Source of the DNA: an uncultured delta proteobacterium
Lineage (GTDB): Bacteria; Myxococcota_A; Polyangia; Fen-1088
DNA: 64,000 bases
NCBI GenBank assembly: GCA_963849735.1
Contig: CAWKJE010000073.1
Location: 166,859 to 230,858, forward strand
Direction: 5' to 3'
The notes under the pieces were generated by a model, which ran no database searches, was not told the DNA's origin, and worked only from the letters and a program-made list of their open reading frames with translations. The position numbers were made by a program, and so were the translations under genes. Below, piece after piece: positions 41,403 through 50,860 of this stretch. Each line of letters opens with the position of its first letter. Position 1 is the stretch's first letter.

Positions 41403-42392
41403 CTAGCGTAGCTTCGGTGGCTGGGTGGCCTTGCGGCTTTGGGAGCGGTCGGCGACGCCCGCCGACTCCGCCGCTCCGGGAGGCATGGCGCTCAGACGCT
41501 CGTCCGGTGGCGGCGGCGCTTGGTTAGGAACCCGCGCGCCGCTCTCCTTCCCGTCAGGCGAAGCGTCCTCGAGGATGGCGTTCATCTCCCCGCCCATGAG
41601 CAGGATGAACCCGCTGATATAGAACCACGTCAAGAGCACGATGACGCCCCCGATCGAACCGTAGGTGATGTCGTAGCTGCCGAAGTGGGACACATAGACC
41701 CCAAAACTCCAGTTCGCCAGGAACCAAACCAATGTCCCGATGACGGAGCCCGGAGTGACAAATTTGAACTTCTGCTTGACGTCGGGCAGTAGGTAGTAGG
41801 TGAGCGCGGCGGCGAGCGTGGTCGCGACTGTGGTGATCGGCCAGCGGATCCACCGGAGAACGGTCACATACTCATCGGCGATGGAAAGACGACGGGCTAC
41901 CCACCGACCGGCGCCGCCGCCCGCCACCAAGACGGCGATCCCGAACAGCAGGATCAGTCCTGCCCCGACCGTTACGCTGAATGCGATCAGCTCGGTCTTC
42001 CACAGCGGGCGGGACTCCTTGACGTCGTAGGCTCGGTTCAACGCGGCGCGGACGCTATTCACCCCGCGCGAGGCGGAGTAGAGCGCGGCTGCTAGTCCCA
42101 GGGTCAGCAGGTGCGGCCTGGAGCTACCCGCAAGCCGACGCAGGTGCACGTCGATGATGTCCATCGCCGCGGACGGTAACAAGTCGCGGAGACTCTCTAG
42201 CAGGGTGGCAACCGATGCTCTCGCATGAGGAACGAGGGCGGTCAACATCACCAGAAAGAACAGAAATGGGAACAGCGAGAAGACGAAATAGTAGCCAAGG
42301 GTGGCCGCGCTATCAGCCACCGCATGGTCTTGGTACTTGTGGTAGAGGCGAGCGAAAAAGTCTCGCCAGCTCAGCCGCACGCCCCAGCGCAA
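41403..42392 (-). CDS. YihY/virulence factor BrkB family membrane protein
   Basis: AATLGYYFVFSLFP, ALNRAYDV, YGSIGGVIVLLTWFY…GGEMNA. TTG start chosen from RBS AGGAAG. Confidence 0.9.
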   Translation of the reverse strand: MRWGVRLSWRDFFARLYHKYQDHAVADSAATLGYYFVFSLFPFLFFLVMLTALVPHARASVATLLESLRDLLPSAAMDIIDVHLRRLAGSSRPHLLTLGLAAALYSASRGVNSVRAALNRAYDVKESRPLWKTELIAFSVTVGAGLILLFGIAVLVAGGGAGRWVARRLSIADEYVTVLRWIRWPITTVATTLAAALTYYLLPDVKQKFKFVTPGSVIGTLVWFLANWSFGVYVSHFGSYDITYGSIGGVIVLLTWFYISGFILLMGGEMNAILEDASPDGKESGARVPNQAPPPPDERLSAMPPGAAESAGVADRSQSRKATQPPKLR

Positions 42393-42426
42393 ATGTGCAC
42401 TTCCTGGTGGGATTCGTCTAGTATCG

Positions 42427-42442
42427 TGCAAGCAGCGCGCCC
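42427..42442 (-). promoter_or_regulatory. sigma54 motif GGGCGCGCTGCTTGCA (YihY)
   Basis: GG-N10-GC with TTGCA, 35 bp upstream of the start. Confidence 0.5.
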
Positions 42443-42670
42443 TCCGTGCGCTCGGCTCGGCTCGACCGCCGTCATTCTGCTGATGATACTCGGGGTTAAT
42501 GGTTGGCGGGCAGTCAAGCACCCCTCGCGCGCTGCGAGTCGCGCGCCGCAGCGGCCCTGCCCCGCGGGAGGGATCAGTATGACTGGCAAGCTACCTCATA
42601 TTGATGGAAGAAGCCCCGTCCCGCAAAGCTCTCCGCGATCCAAGAGCCCGAAGCAATAGGGCCTCATGCC

Positions 42671-42686
42671 TGGCCCGATTGTTGCT
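42671..42686 (+). promoter_or_regulatory. sigma54 motif TGGCCCGATTGTTGCT (small ORF/AI-2E)
   Basis: Near-consensus GG-N10-GC. Confidence 0.65.
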
Positions 42687-42790
42687 GTAGGCCTGGTCCG
42701 CGGTGCAGGTCAGGCCCCCCCCGCCCCGGAGGGTGGCCAGACCACCGCTCAGAGACTCCCTCTTTCCCAATAGACCCGACGGAGGCAAGC

Positions 42791-42916
42791 ATGGACCCAC
42801 GACTTCCTGCCGAAGCACTCAAAGCGCGGGAGGCCGACAAGCGGATGGTCGTCGAGGGCCACACCTGCAGCCCAGGTTCGGACCGCCGAGCGATTAGCCT
42901 TGCCTCGCCTAGCTAG
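42791..42916 (+). CDS. 41-aa small ORF MDPRLPAEALKAREADKRMVVEGHTCSPGSDRRAISLASPS
   Basis: GGAGG RBS 5 nt before the ATG, downstream of a sigma54 motif; below the ORF-track cutoff. Confidence 0.35.
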   Translation: MDPRLPAEALKAREADKRMVVEGHTCSPGSDRRAISLASPS

Positions 42917-43020
42917 CCTAAAGGGTACGGAGGTCAGGGGTGCCTCCCAGGCTCCTGGCCTCCGGAATCCATGTAAAGGGCTTGCACGATTGGTGTCGGG
43001 AGACAGAGAGGGGAGCGCTC

Positions 43021-44214
43021 GTGCGGGGTGAACGGAGCGATGCGGGGGAGGAGCTTGTTCCCCCACCAGCTCACAACCGGCTAGACATTCATATCCCGAT
43101 GACCACGATCCTCAAGGTGGTCGGCAGCGGCCTTGGTCTTTGGGGCATGTTCGTCTTGTGGCCCGAGTTCCTGCTGTTCCTCATCTCGGTACTCTTGGCG
43201 GTTACGCTGAACCCGGCGGTACGCTGGATGGAGACCAAGCGCATTGGACGTTTGTGGGGCGTCGTGATCCTTGCGACCTTGGCCGTTGGGCTCGTGACGG
43301 TGTTCGCCCTCTTTGTCATGCCACCCCTGGTCGGCCAGACCACACATTTGCTGCAGAGCCTTCCCGAATTCCGTGCCCGGATTTTGAGCCGGATTCCCGG
43401 GCGCTATTCGTCTGTCCAGAAGATCATTCACGAGATCTTCGAGTCGCCGTTCTCGCCGAAGGTGATCACGACGTTTGACCGGTGGTTCGGCTGGGGGCGC
43501 AGCGCCGTTACGGGACTCGTGGTGGCGGGCATCGTCCTCGTCCTTACGTTCTATCTTCTCCTCCACGGCAGGAGCCTTTACGCCTGGGTCCTTGCCTTCA
43601 TCCCGCGAACCCATCGCGAGAAGCTGGCCACCACCATGCACGAGGTTTCCGGCGTGGTGCACGCCTACGTGAGCGGGCAAATCCTGGTGGCGGGATTCTT
43701 CGCGGTCTTCACCGCCATACTCTTGACCATTCTTGGGGTGCCGGCCGTGGCGCCTCTGGCTATCATCGCGGGGCTATGCGACGTCGTGCCGGTGCTCGGT
43801 ATCGTGCTAGCGACCGTCCCTGCCGTCCTGCTGGCGGGCGTGGTCTCGCCCGGCGCCGCGGTGGTGGTCTTGGTAGCCTATCTGGCCTATCACGTATTCG
43901 AGACCTACTTTCTCTTGCCGCGCATCTACGGCAACAAGCTCAAGATCTCATCCTTGGCAGTGCTCCTGGCGCTCATCATCGGGGGCAGCCTGCAGGGAAT
44001 CATAGGCGCCGTGTTGGTGCTGCCCCTCGTGGCAGCCTACCCCATCGTCGAGCGTCACTGGCTGCGGGGGATTCTCGCGGTTCGCGTCCTCACCGACCAC
44101 CAGGCCCTCGCCCAAGCGGCCGAGACCGGCAGTGATACCGCCATCGACACCGTGCTCCACGGCGAGAAGCACGCGTCCGAAGGCATGGCGCCGGGGCGCA
44201 GCAAATACAAGTAA
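43021..44214 (+). CDS. AI-2E family transporter
   Basis: LAVTLNPAVRW, YVSGQ, DVVPVLG, LLPRIYG..LKIS, GIIGAVLVLPL. Start is GTG 43021 or ATG 43099. Confidence 0.88.
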   Translation: MRGERSDAGEELVPPPAHNRLDIHIPMTTILKVVGSGLGLWGMFVLWPEFLLFLISVLLAVTLNPAVRWMETKRIGRLWGVVILATLAVGLVTVFALFVMPPLVGQTTHLLQSLPEFRARILSRIPGRYSSVQKIIHEIFESPFSPKVITTFDRWFGWGRSAVTGLVVAGIVLVLTFYLLLHGRSLYAWVLAFIPRTHREKLATTMHEVSGVVHAYVSGQILVAGFFAVFTAILLTILGVPAVAPLAIIAGLCDVVPVLGIVLATVPAVLLAGVVSPGAAVVVLVAYLAYHVFETYFLLPRIYGNKLKISSLAVLLALIIGGSLQGIIGAVLVLPLVAAYPIVERHWLRGILAVRVLTDHQALAQAAETGSDTAIDTVLHGEKHASEGMAPGRSKYK

Positions 44215-44223
44215 ATGGATCGT

Positions 44224-44409
44224 TCACCCAACCCCGGGATCGAGGGCCTCGCTCACGAGGCTGGTCGGAATGTTCCACAACATGCGCGAGATGGTATGGG
44301 TGGCCAGGCGCGACACCTCTTGTGGATCGGCGCTGTACTGCGCGGCCTTGTCGAAGACGGTCAGGACCAGGTCACCTAGAGGAACGGTCTTGGTAGTTTG
44401 GGTTCTCAT
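44224..44409 (-). CDS. small hypothetical protein (61 aa)
   Basis: RBS AAGAAAGG, helical content (LGDLVLTVFDKAAQYSADPQEVSRLAT) and its own sigma54 motif. Confidence 0.6.
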   Translation of the reverse strand: MRTQTTKTVPLGDLVLTVFDKAAQYSADPQEVSRLATHTISRMLWNIPTSLVSEALDPGVG

Positions 44410-44443
44410 TTTTGGCCTTTCTTAGGGTGCGCAGACCGCCTAC

Positions 44444-44459
44444 AGCAGGTTTCGGGCCA
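44444..44459 (-). promoter_or_regulatory. sigma54 motif TGGCCCGAAACCTGCT (61-aa ORF)
   Basis: GG-N10-GC 35 bp upstream of the ATG. Shares the flanks CTGGCCCGA…TGCTGTAGGC with the 42671 motif. Confidence 0.6.
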
Positions 44460-44715
44460 GGCACTTGGCGGCAATGAATACGGTAGCTTGCAGGACGGTG
44501 GCATCGTCCCGCCGGCCGGTTAAATCAAATTGATGCACCTTCGCCATCAACCCGAAACGAGAGGGTTGGTCGATGGTAGTAGGCGCCTTGGCATCCGACG
44601 CAACTGCCGTTACCATGACGCGTGAGCCGGGCGGCGGGGGAGAATCCACCGCCGAGCAAATGGTGACCGAGCTGCGGCGTCACCAGCACGTCTGGGAGCA
44701 AGGAGGAGTAGCGCG

Positions 44716-46158
44716 ATGAACTGGCTCGGCAAGATCTCCGAGTTTTGGCCACACCTGGCGGTGGCCTTCCATGTGTTGGCCTCGCTGCCGGCGTCGGCGC
44801 ACGCTCTCTTGCACAAGCGCGATACTCGCGCCGCAACGCTCTGGATCGCCCTCATTTGGTTGATGCCGGCCGTCGGTTCGCTGCTCTACCTCGCGTTGGG
44901 CATCAACCGCATCCGGCGCCGGGCGCTGATGCTCGGTGTGCATCGAGGCATCGGTCGACCGATTCCGCAAGACCTCGACGAACGCGATTACGCGGGCACG
45001 GAACACCTGAAACTGATCGCGCGCGTCGTCAGCCGGGTCGTCGCCGAACCGCTGACGGCTGGGAATCGGGTGCAGCCGCTGGTCAACGGCGACGAAGCCT
45101 TTCCCGCCATGCTGGCGGCGATTGAATCTGCGCGGCGATCCATCTCGTTGGTCAGTTACATCTTTGATAACGACGCCAGCGGAAGGGCATTTGCCGATGC
45201 GCTTGGTCGGGCTGCGAAGCGGGGGGTGACGGTGCGGGTTCTGATAGATGGCGCGGGAATGCGGTACTCATGGCCACCCATTACCCGTCGCCTGAACAGG
45301 GTCGGCGTCCGGTGTGCAAAGTTTCTGCCTGCGTCTCTCCTTACGCCGTGGCGCGTGGCAACGGTCAATCTGCGCAATCACCGCAAGATACTTGTCGTGG
45401 ACGGTCATACGGCCTTTACCGGCGGGATGAACATCCGGCATGGCAACGTCCTGTCTGCCCGCCCCCCAAGTCCCGTCCAAGATCTCCACTTTCGTATCGA
45501 GGGTCCCGTGGTTTCCCAACTGCAGGATGCATTTGCCAACGATTGGGCGTTTACCACGGGCGAAATCCTCGACGGTCAGACTTGGTTTCCCCAATTGCGC
45601 GGAGACGGCACGATCATCGCGCGCGTCATTGTCGACGGTCCCGACGCCGATTTCGAGAAGGCGCGCTGGACCTTGCTGGCGGCGTTGGCGGAGGCGCAGA
45701 CGTCGGTTCAGATTGTCACACCATACTTCCTGCCGGACTCAGCGCTCGTCACCGGGCTGAACCTGGCGGCGCTACGTGGGGTGCGGGTGGACGTCGTATT
45801 GCCCCGCAAGAACAATCTGCCTTTCATCCACTGGGCCTCGCGATCGATGTGGTGGCAGTTGATCGAGCGTGGCTGTCACATATGGCTCACGCCGCCGCCA
45901 TTCGACCACTCGAAACTCATGGTGGTGGATGGTCACTGGGTGCTGCTCGGCTCGGCGAACTGGGACGCCCGCAGTCTGCGCTTGAACTTTGAGCTGAATG
46001 TCGAGTGTTACGGCCGGGAGCTGGCGCGCGACTTGGTAACTGTCATAGAAAAGAAACGGGTCGAGGCGCGCGAGGTCACGCTTGCCGACGTGGACGCCCG
46101 CACGATCACGGGAAAGGCACGTGATGCGGCCGCGCGGCTATTCTCGCCGTTCATGTAA
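44716..46158 (+). CDS. cls: cardiolipin synthase
   Basis: N-terminal PLDc_N TM pair and two HKD motifs ([17 protein letters not shown]). Confidence 0.92.
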   Translation: MNWLGKISEFWPHLAVAFHVLASLPASAHALLHKRDTRAATLWIALIWLMPAVGSLLYLALGINRIRRRALMLGVHRGIGRPIPQDLDERDYAGTEHLKLIARVVSRVVAEPLTAGNRVQPLVNGDEAFPAMLAAIESARRSISLVSYIFDNDASGRAFADALGRAAKRGVTVRVLIDGAGMRYSWPPITRRLNRVGVRCAKFLPASLLTPWRVATVNLRNHRKILVVDGHTAFTGGMNIRHGNVLSARPPSPVQDLHFRIEGPVVSQLQDAFANDWAFTTGEILDGQTWFPQLRGDGTIIARVIVDGPDADFEKARWTLLAALAEAQTSVQIVTPYFLPDSALVTGLNLAALRGVRVDVVLPRKNNLPFIHWASRSMWWQLIERGCHIWLTPPPFDHSKLMVVDGHWVLLGSANWDARSLRLNFELNVECYGRELARDLVTVIEKKRVEAREVTLADVDARTITGKARDAAARLFSPFM

Positions 46159-46199
46159 CGGTTTAACTCAGGCTTGCGCCAAAGTGCCCTCAGAGGGTG

Positions 46200-46466
46200 T
46201 GCGTCGAGCGACAGCGGGTATCCGCATAGGTGCAGCCATGCGTACAGGAACATGCTCCCGTGTCCAGCGGAGAGCACGAAGCGGTCGCGGTTGATCCACG
46301 CTGGATCAGCGGGATCATGTCGAAGCAGCTCACCGTAGAGCACGGCGCCGACCTCGGCCGCTCCAAGAGGTAGGCCAAGGTGACCAGATGCGCAGGCCGC
46401 GACGGCATCCATGGCAAGCCCCCGCGCGGTGTTCGCCGCGGCTTCTAGCTCCTCGAAGTTGGGCAT
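46200..46466 (-). pseudogene. tkt: transketolase N-terminal fragment
   Basis: RGLAMDAV…SGHLGLPLG…[16 protein letters not shown]. Similarity is lost after about 88 aa, where the frame runs into the 3' end of cls. Confidence 0.85.
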
Positions 46467-46485
46467 GGCCGAAACCTAACGCCGC

Positions 46486-46989
46486 CTACGTCTTCAACGC
46501 CTCTGAACCCGGAGATTCGATCTTGATGTCGGGCTCCATGATCGATCCTGTCTCCGAAGCCAAACTCGCCGCCCGCACTTCCGAGGCAGCCAATGGCACG
46601 CCGATTCGGTCCGCTGCCGACTCTCCATCGTCGACGTCCTCGTCAGGACCAGCAACGGCCAAAGGTCCCACCGCCTGCGGCAAGGGCACACGCAGGGGAT
46701 GCCTGGTCGGTGGTCGCGTTCCCTTGCTGCGGGCGCTCGTACCTTCAGCTTCCCGAGTGGATCCGAACTCCTGTTCTGGACGACTTTCGACAAAGGGCCC
46801 GCCAAGTTCTTCGGACACTTCTTCATCACGGGTAGCGTCTTCGCATTCGTCGCCGCTTGCTCCCCGGAGGTACTGCTCGGCCATGAGCTCGGCCACGCCA
46901 TCCGGCGTACCGGAAATCTGTGCCGACTCCGGAATGAATGCGTCGCCTCCATCTGGACGTTCTCGTTTTGATCTACCCATATGCGCCAT
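46486..46989 (-). CDS. acidic hypothetical protein
   Basis: RBS AAGGGAG; DAFIPE…DEEVSEELGGPFVE; has its own sigma54 motif. Confidence 0.6.
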   Translation of the reverse strand: MAHMGRSKRERPDGGDAFIPESAQISGTPDGVAELMAEQYLRGASGDECEDATRDEEVSEELGGPFVESRPEQEFGSTREAEGTSARSKGTRPPTRHPLRVPLPQAVGPLAVAGPDEDVDDGESAADRIGVPLAASEVRAASLASETGSIMEPDIKIESPGSEALKT

Positions 46990-47028
46990 GCTCCCTTCAA
47001 CCTTCCTGACTGACACCCACACAATACA

Positions 47029-47044
47029 AGCAGATTCTAGGCCA
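47029..47044 (-). promoter_or_regulatory. sigma54 motif TGGCCTAGAATCTGCT
   Basis: GG-N10-GC 40 bp upstream of the ATG at 46989. Confidence 0.55.
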
Positions 47045-47115
47045 ACCACCAGGCTGGTGTCGACCATACCGATTTCGCTCGAGAGATCGGTCGTGGGCCA
47101 TGATAAGATGATTTG

Positions 47116-47901
47116 CTATGCGGGCGGCAGCGAGCGGAATTGTGCTCGTGCCGCGGCCTCGTCGGTCCAGTAGCCAGTACGATTATAGTGCCGATGCAGG
47201 GCTTCCTCGTCATCCCGAGTGAGTGCAAGGTCGCCCGTGAATTCGGCCGACTGCCTGATAGCCTCGCGGGAAAGATGGAGGAAGACCTTCGACTCCCTCC
47301 AACTGACGCGCTCGATCCATTGCGGTGCGATAAGCACGCGCTTTCCCGGCCACCAATTTCGCGTATCGACGATGAGATAGCGAATTGCCCAAGTCTCGTC
47401 ATCAATGACGAAATCCTCGACGTGGCCAATAGCGCCATCCTCGGCTTCTATGTGATAGCCAATGACTTCAGAGGTGCTGCGCAGGTGAGTATCCCAGTTC
47501 CTCTCGGCTAGCTCCCGCTTTCTCCACTCACGACGATCACGCTCAATGTAGGGATAGGAACCCCACATGTACGGTCCATTCCAATACATCGGCCAGCCAT
47601 AATATCCATAATACGATTCCTCGTATTGTCGGGAAATAGGTACGTGACAATACAAAGGAGGACCGCCTTCAATCTGTGTCTTGGTCAAATCAACCGTGAC
47701 ACAATGCCTTTCGGCACTCACGGCCTCCAGGGCGTAAGGCGATAGCAACACACCTTGTCCCGTCAGCCAGCTTCCTGTATCAGCCACCAAATAGCGGACA
47801 ACCCAGTGCTTGTCGTCGAAGTAGAACTCTGCTACCTCGCCAATCGCGCCGTCGCGGCTGTCCAATTTGTACCCGGCTAGTCTCTTCGCGCTGTGCAGCA
47901 T
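47116..47901 (-). CDS. tandem PRC-barrel domain protein, copy 2
   Basis: GY…DGAIG.V..F..DD..W..RYL..DT..W occurs twice; paralog of 37610..38413. Confidence 0.88.
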   Translation of the reverse strand: MLHSAKRLAGYKLDSRDGAIGEVAEFYFDDKHWVVRYLVADTGSWLTGQGVLLSPYALEAVSAERHCVTVDLTKTQIEGGPPLYCHVPISRQYEESYYGYYGWPMYWNGPYMWGSYPYIERDRREWRKRELAERNWDTHLRSTSEVIGYHIEAEDGAIGHVEDFVIDDETWAIRYLIVDTRNWWPGKRVLIAPQWIERVSWRESKVFLHLSREAIRQSAEFTGDLALTRDDEEALHRHYNRTGYWTDEAAARAQFRSLPPA

Positions 47902-48285
47902 GACAGTATCCGTTTCCCTTCTGGTGTGGCGACTTGCGCCGCCGTTACCTGTTCCCTGAGGAGGCGCCGTTGAACGCCAGAATCCGTCCACTAGCTGGCA
48001 TCATGGACGAGTTGCTGGCCGCTCGCTTCGCTAACCCGGTGGATGTCGAGCAGGGCGGTGCGAGAGACGCTCTCGTTGTGCCAATTCACGTTGGCGTTTG
48101 AGACGACGTAGGTTGGACGACCAGCCATGTCTACGATTCCACGCAGCGAGTCGCTTGATTCCTAGCTCCCACGGTTCACAACCACATTCAACCGATGCGC
48201 TGTAGACACTCATTTCTAATCTCCCGGCGTCTAGGGCTGACGCTTTGGTAACTCATGATTCCCTTACTCCGTCGTCGCGACTAGG

Positions 48286-48681
48286 CTACAACCAGTACCC
48301 GGAGATCCACGACCATCCCCACCAACGCTGGACCCAGTGGCCAGGAATCCACATGGCGTCTGACCACGGCCGATCGAGCCAAAAGCCATCGTCCCACAGC
48401 CAGTCATTACCGGCCCAGAAATAATCGCCGGGCACCCAGGCGACATCCACGCGCGGAGCCTTGTGAGCCTTCTCCGCCTTAGGCGCAGGCATCTGTTTGG
48501 TGACCTGGGGCACCGCCACCGGAGCGTGTTCCTTCTGGGGATGGCCCTTCATCACTACCTTGGACTTCCCGGAGCTCTCGGCATCCCCGATGGCGTTGGG
48601 TGCCACCCAGGCCAGCAGCACAGCGACAGCGACGAGAGCGGTTCCAAACGATCCTGGACGTTTCACGAGTCTTGACATCAT
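48286..48681 (-). CDS. exported WXXGXW (YXWGXW) repeat protein
   Basis: Signal peptide; repeats WVPGDY, WDDGFW, WIPGHW, WISGYW. Confidence 0.8.
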   Translation of the reverse strand: MMSRLVKRPGSFGTALVAVAVLLAWVAPNAIGDAESSGKSKVVMKGHPQKEHAPVAVPQVTKQMPAPKAEKAHKAPRVDVAWVPGDYFWAGNDWLWDDGFWLDRPWSDAMWIPGHWVQRWWGWSWISGYWL

Positions 48682-48825
48682 GCGCTTCCCTTTCCGTATA
48701 GTTTTCTTTCTTTTGCGTGTTGCCCACGCGAAGCTGTTGGGGTCCGTCGTATCGCGCTAGGCGGTTAGCGATGCGAGCTCCGGGCGAAACTGATATGGTG
48801 ATCGCCGAATCCCGCCGACCACGCT

Positions 48826-48841
48826 CGCAAGTTCCGGGCCA
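48826..48841 (-). promoter_or_regulatory. sigma54 motif TGGCCCGGAACTTGCG (WXXGXW gene)
   Basis: GG-N10-GC, near consensus. Confidence 0.6.
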
Positions 48842-49029
48842 TCATTTGCATCGCAATGGGTTCGGCGGATTGCACCGTAGGTGCAAGGGTGTTTCAACAC
48901 ATCCGGAAGGCTCTCAGAACCGGTCACGCTCCTTCAGAGTGAACACTTCCTCGCACCATTTCGATTGACTGCACCGCGTGTCAGGCCATCTAAGGGATGT
49001 AAGAACGCGAAACCACGCCGCCTCGCGCG

Positions 49030-49045
49030 CGGTCCAGGATCTGCA
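49030..49045 (+). promoter_or_regulatory. sigma54 motif CGGTCCAGGATCTGCA (pgm-glgP)
   Basis: GG-N10-GC about 90 bp upstream of pgm; weaker -24 element. Confidence 0.4.
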
Positions 49046-49135
49046 TAGGCCGAGACGGACCACGCCTCGCCACGAGGAAACAGGAAACTTACAGAAGACC
49101 GACATGACGCACAAGATTCTCCGGGAAAGGGCCTA

Positions 49136-50860
49136 ATGCTGCCAGCGCCATCCGCCGGGAAACCGGCCGAGGCAGCGATGCTGGTGAACGTACCCAGACT
49201 AGTCACGGCGTATTATTCGGATAGGCCCGACCCTTCGGTGGCCGGGCAGCGGGTGGTCTTCGGCACTTCGGGACATCGTGGCTCGCCATTCGATAAGGCA
49301 TTCAATGAATGGCACATTCTCGCCATCACTCAAGCCATTTGCCTTTATCGCGCGCGCCAGAAGATAGATGGGCCCCTGTTTCTCGGCATGGACACGCATG
49401 CCCTATCCGTGCCGGCGCTCGCCAGCGCTCTTGAGGTGCTGGCCGCGAACGGAGTGGATGTCATGCTCTCCGAGGGCGACGAATACACCCCTACCCCCGC
49501 GGTGTCCCACGCGATCCTCGTGCATAACGCCAAACGCCAGACGGGTCTCGCCGACGGAATCGTGATCACACCGTCGCACAATCCGCCACGCGACGGTGGA
49601 TTCAAATACAATCCCCCCACCGGGGGGCCAGCAACGTCTACGGTCACCGACGGGATCGAGGCGATGGCGAACCAGTTCCTGGACGCCGGCCTGATGGGTG
49701 TGAAGAGGATTCCCTTCGAAAGAGCTCTCCGAGCGTCCACGACACACCGGCACGACTATCTCAAGACTTACGTCGCCGACCTTGCGAACGTGCTCGACAT
49801 GGATGCCATTCGTAGCGCGAAGATCAACATGGGAGTCGATCCCCTTGGGGGTGCTGGAGTCCACTATTGGGGCCAGATCGCTGACCGCTACGGTTTGAAG
49901 CTCACGGTCGTCAACGACGCCGTTGATCCAACATTCCGATTCATGACGGTGGATTGGGACGGCCAGATCCGGATGGACCCGTCATCACCGTACGCGATGC
50001 AAAGACTCATTGGACTGAAGGACCGGTTCGAGATCGCTTTCGCTTGCGATACCGACCACGACCGCCACGGGATTGTGACGAAAAGCAGCGGATTGCTTCC
50101 TCCGAATCACTACCTTGCGGTGGCCGCTCTCTATCTGTTCAAGAATCGCCCAAAATGGCAGAGCGCGGGGGCGGTAGGCAAGACGGTCGTGAGTACTCAG
50201 ATGATCGACCGGGTTGCCGAAAAGCTCTCCCGGAAGCTATATGAGGTGCCCGTCGGGTTCAAATGGTTCGTTGAGGGCCTCCTAGATGGTTCGCTCGCCT
50301 TCGGTGGCGAGGAGAGTGCCGGTGCGTCCTTCGTTCGGCGGGATGGCGCCGTCTGGACGACCGACAAAGATGGCATCGTTCCTGCCCTGCTTGCGGCGGA
50401 AATTACGGCCGTCACGGGCCGGGATCCTGGAGAAATCTACAAGGATCTCACACACGAGTTTGGCGAGCCGCTCTACGATCGCGTCGAGGCCCAGGCCAGC
50501 CTCGAGCAACGGGCGCGGCTGGCGAGACTTTCCGGCGACCAGATGCGGCGCACCGACCTGGCAGGGGAACCCATTCAAACCGTACTCACCCGGGCGCCAG
50601 GCAACGGCGCTGCCATCGATGGATTGAAAGTCGCGAGCAAGACGGGGTGGTTCGCGGTGCGCCCATCGGGGACCGAGGATATCTACAAGATCTATGCAGA
50701 AAGCTTCCGGGATGGTGAGCATCTGCGCCGCATCATCGAGGAGGCGAAATCGATTGTCAGCGACGCTCTGGCGGGCGCGCCGACGTCCGGGGCTGAGCAG
50801 ACGGAATCGTCGACAGGGCTCCCAGCCTCGGTCCCAAGCAACTCTGGGGGTAAACCGTGA
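49136..50860 (+). CDS. pgm: phosphoglucomutase (alpha-D-glucose-1,6-bisphosphate dependent)
   Basis: FGTSGHRG, TPSHNPP, CDTDHDR, GGEESAG, RPSGTE. Confidence 0.96.
   Translation: MLPAPSAGKPAEAAMLVNVPRLVTAYYSDRPDPSVAGQRVVFGTSGHRGSPFDKAFNEWHILAITQAICLYRARQKIDGPLFLGMDTHALSVPALASALEVLAANGVDVMLSEGDEYTPTPAVSHAILVHNAKRQTGLADGIVITPSHNPPRDGGFKYNPPTGGPATSTVTDGIEAMANQFLDAGLMGVKRIPFERALRASTTHRHDYLKTYVADLANVLDMDAIRSAKINMGVDPLGGAGVHYWGQIADRYGLKLTVVNDAVDPTFRFMTVDWDGQIRMDPSSPYAMQRLIGLKDRFEIAFACDTDHDRHGIVTKSSGLLPPNHYLAVAALYLFKNRPKWQSAGAVGKTVVSTQMIDRVAEKLSRKLYEVPVGFKWFVEGLLDGSLAFGGEESAGASFVRRDGAVWTTDKDGIVPALLAAEITAVTGRDPGEIYKDLTHEFGEPLYDRVEAQASLEQRARLARLSGDQMRRTDLAGEPIQTVLTRAPGNGAAIDGLKVASKTGWFAVRPSGTEDIYKIYAESFRDGEHLRRIIEEAKSIVSDALAGAPTSGAEQTESSTGLPASVPSNSGGKP

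Noticed and set aside
48031..48213. 60-aa minus-strand ORF MSVYSASVECGC…
   Set aside because: No recognisable family and weak codon bias; cannot be supported without a homology search
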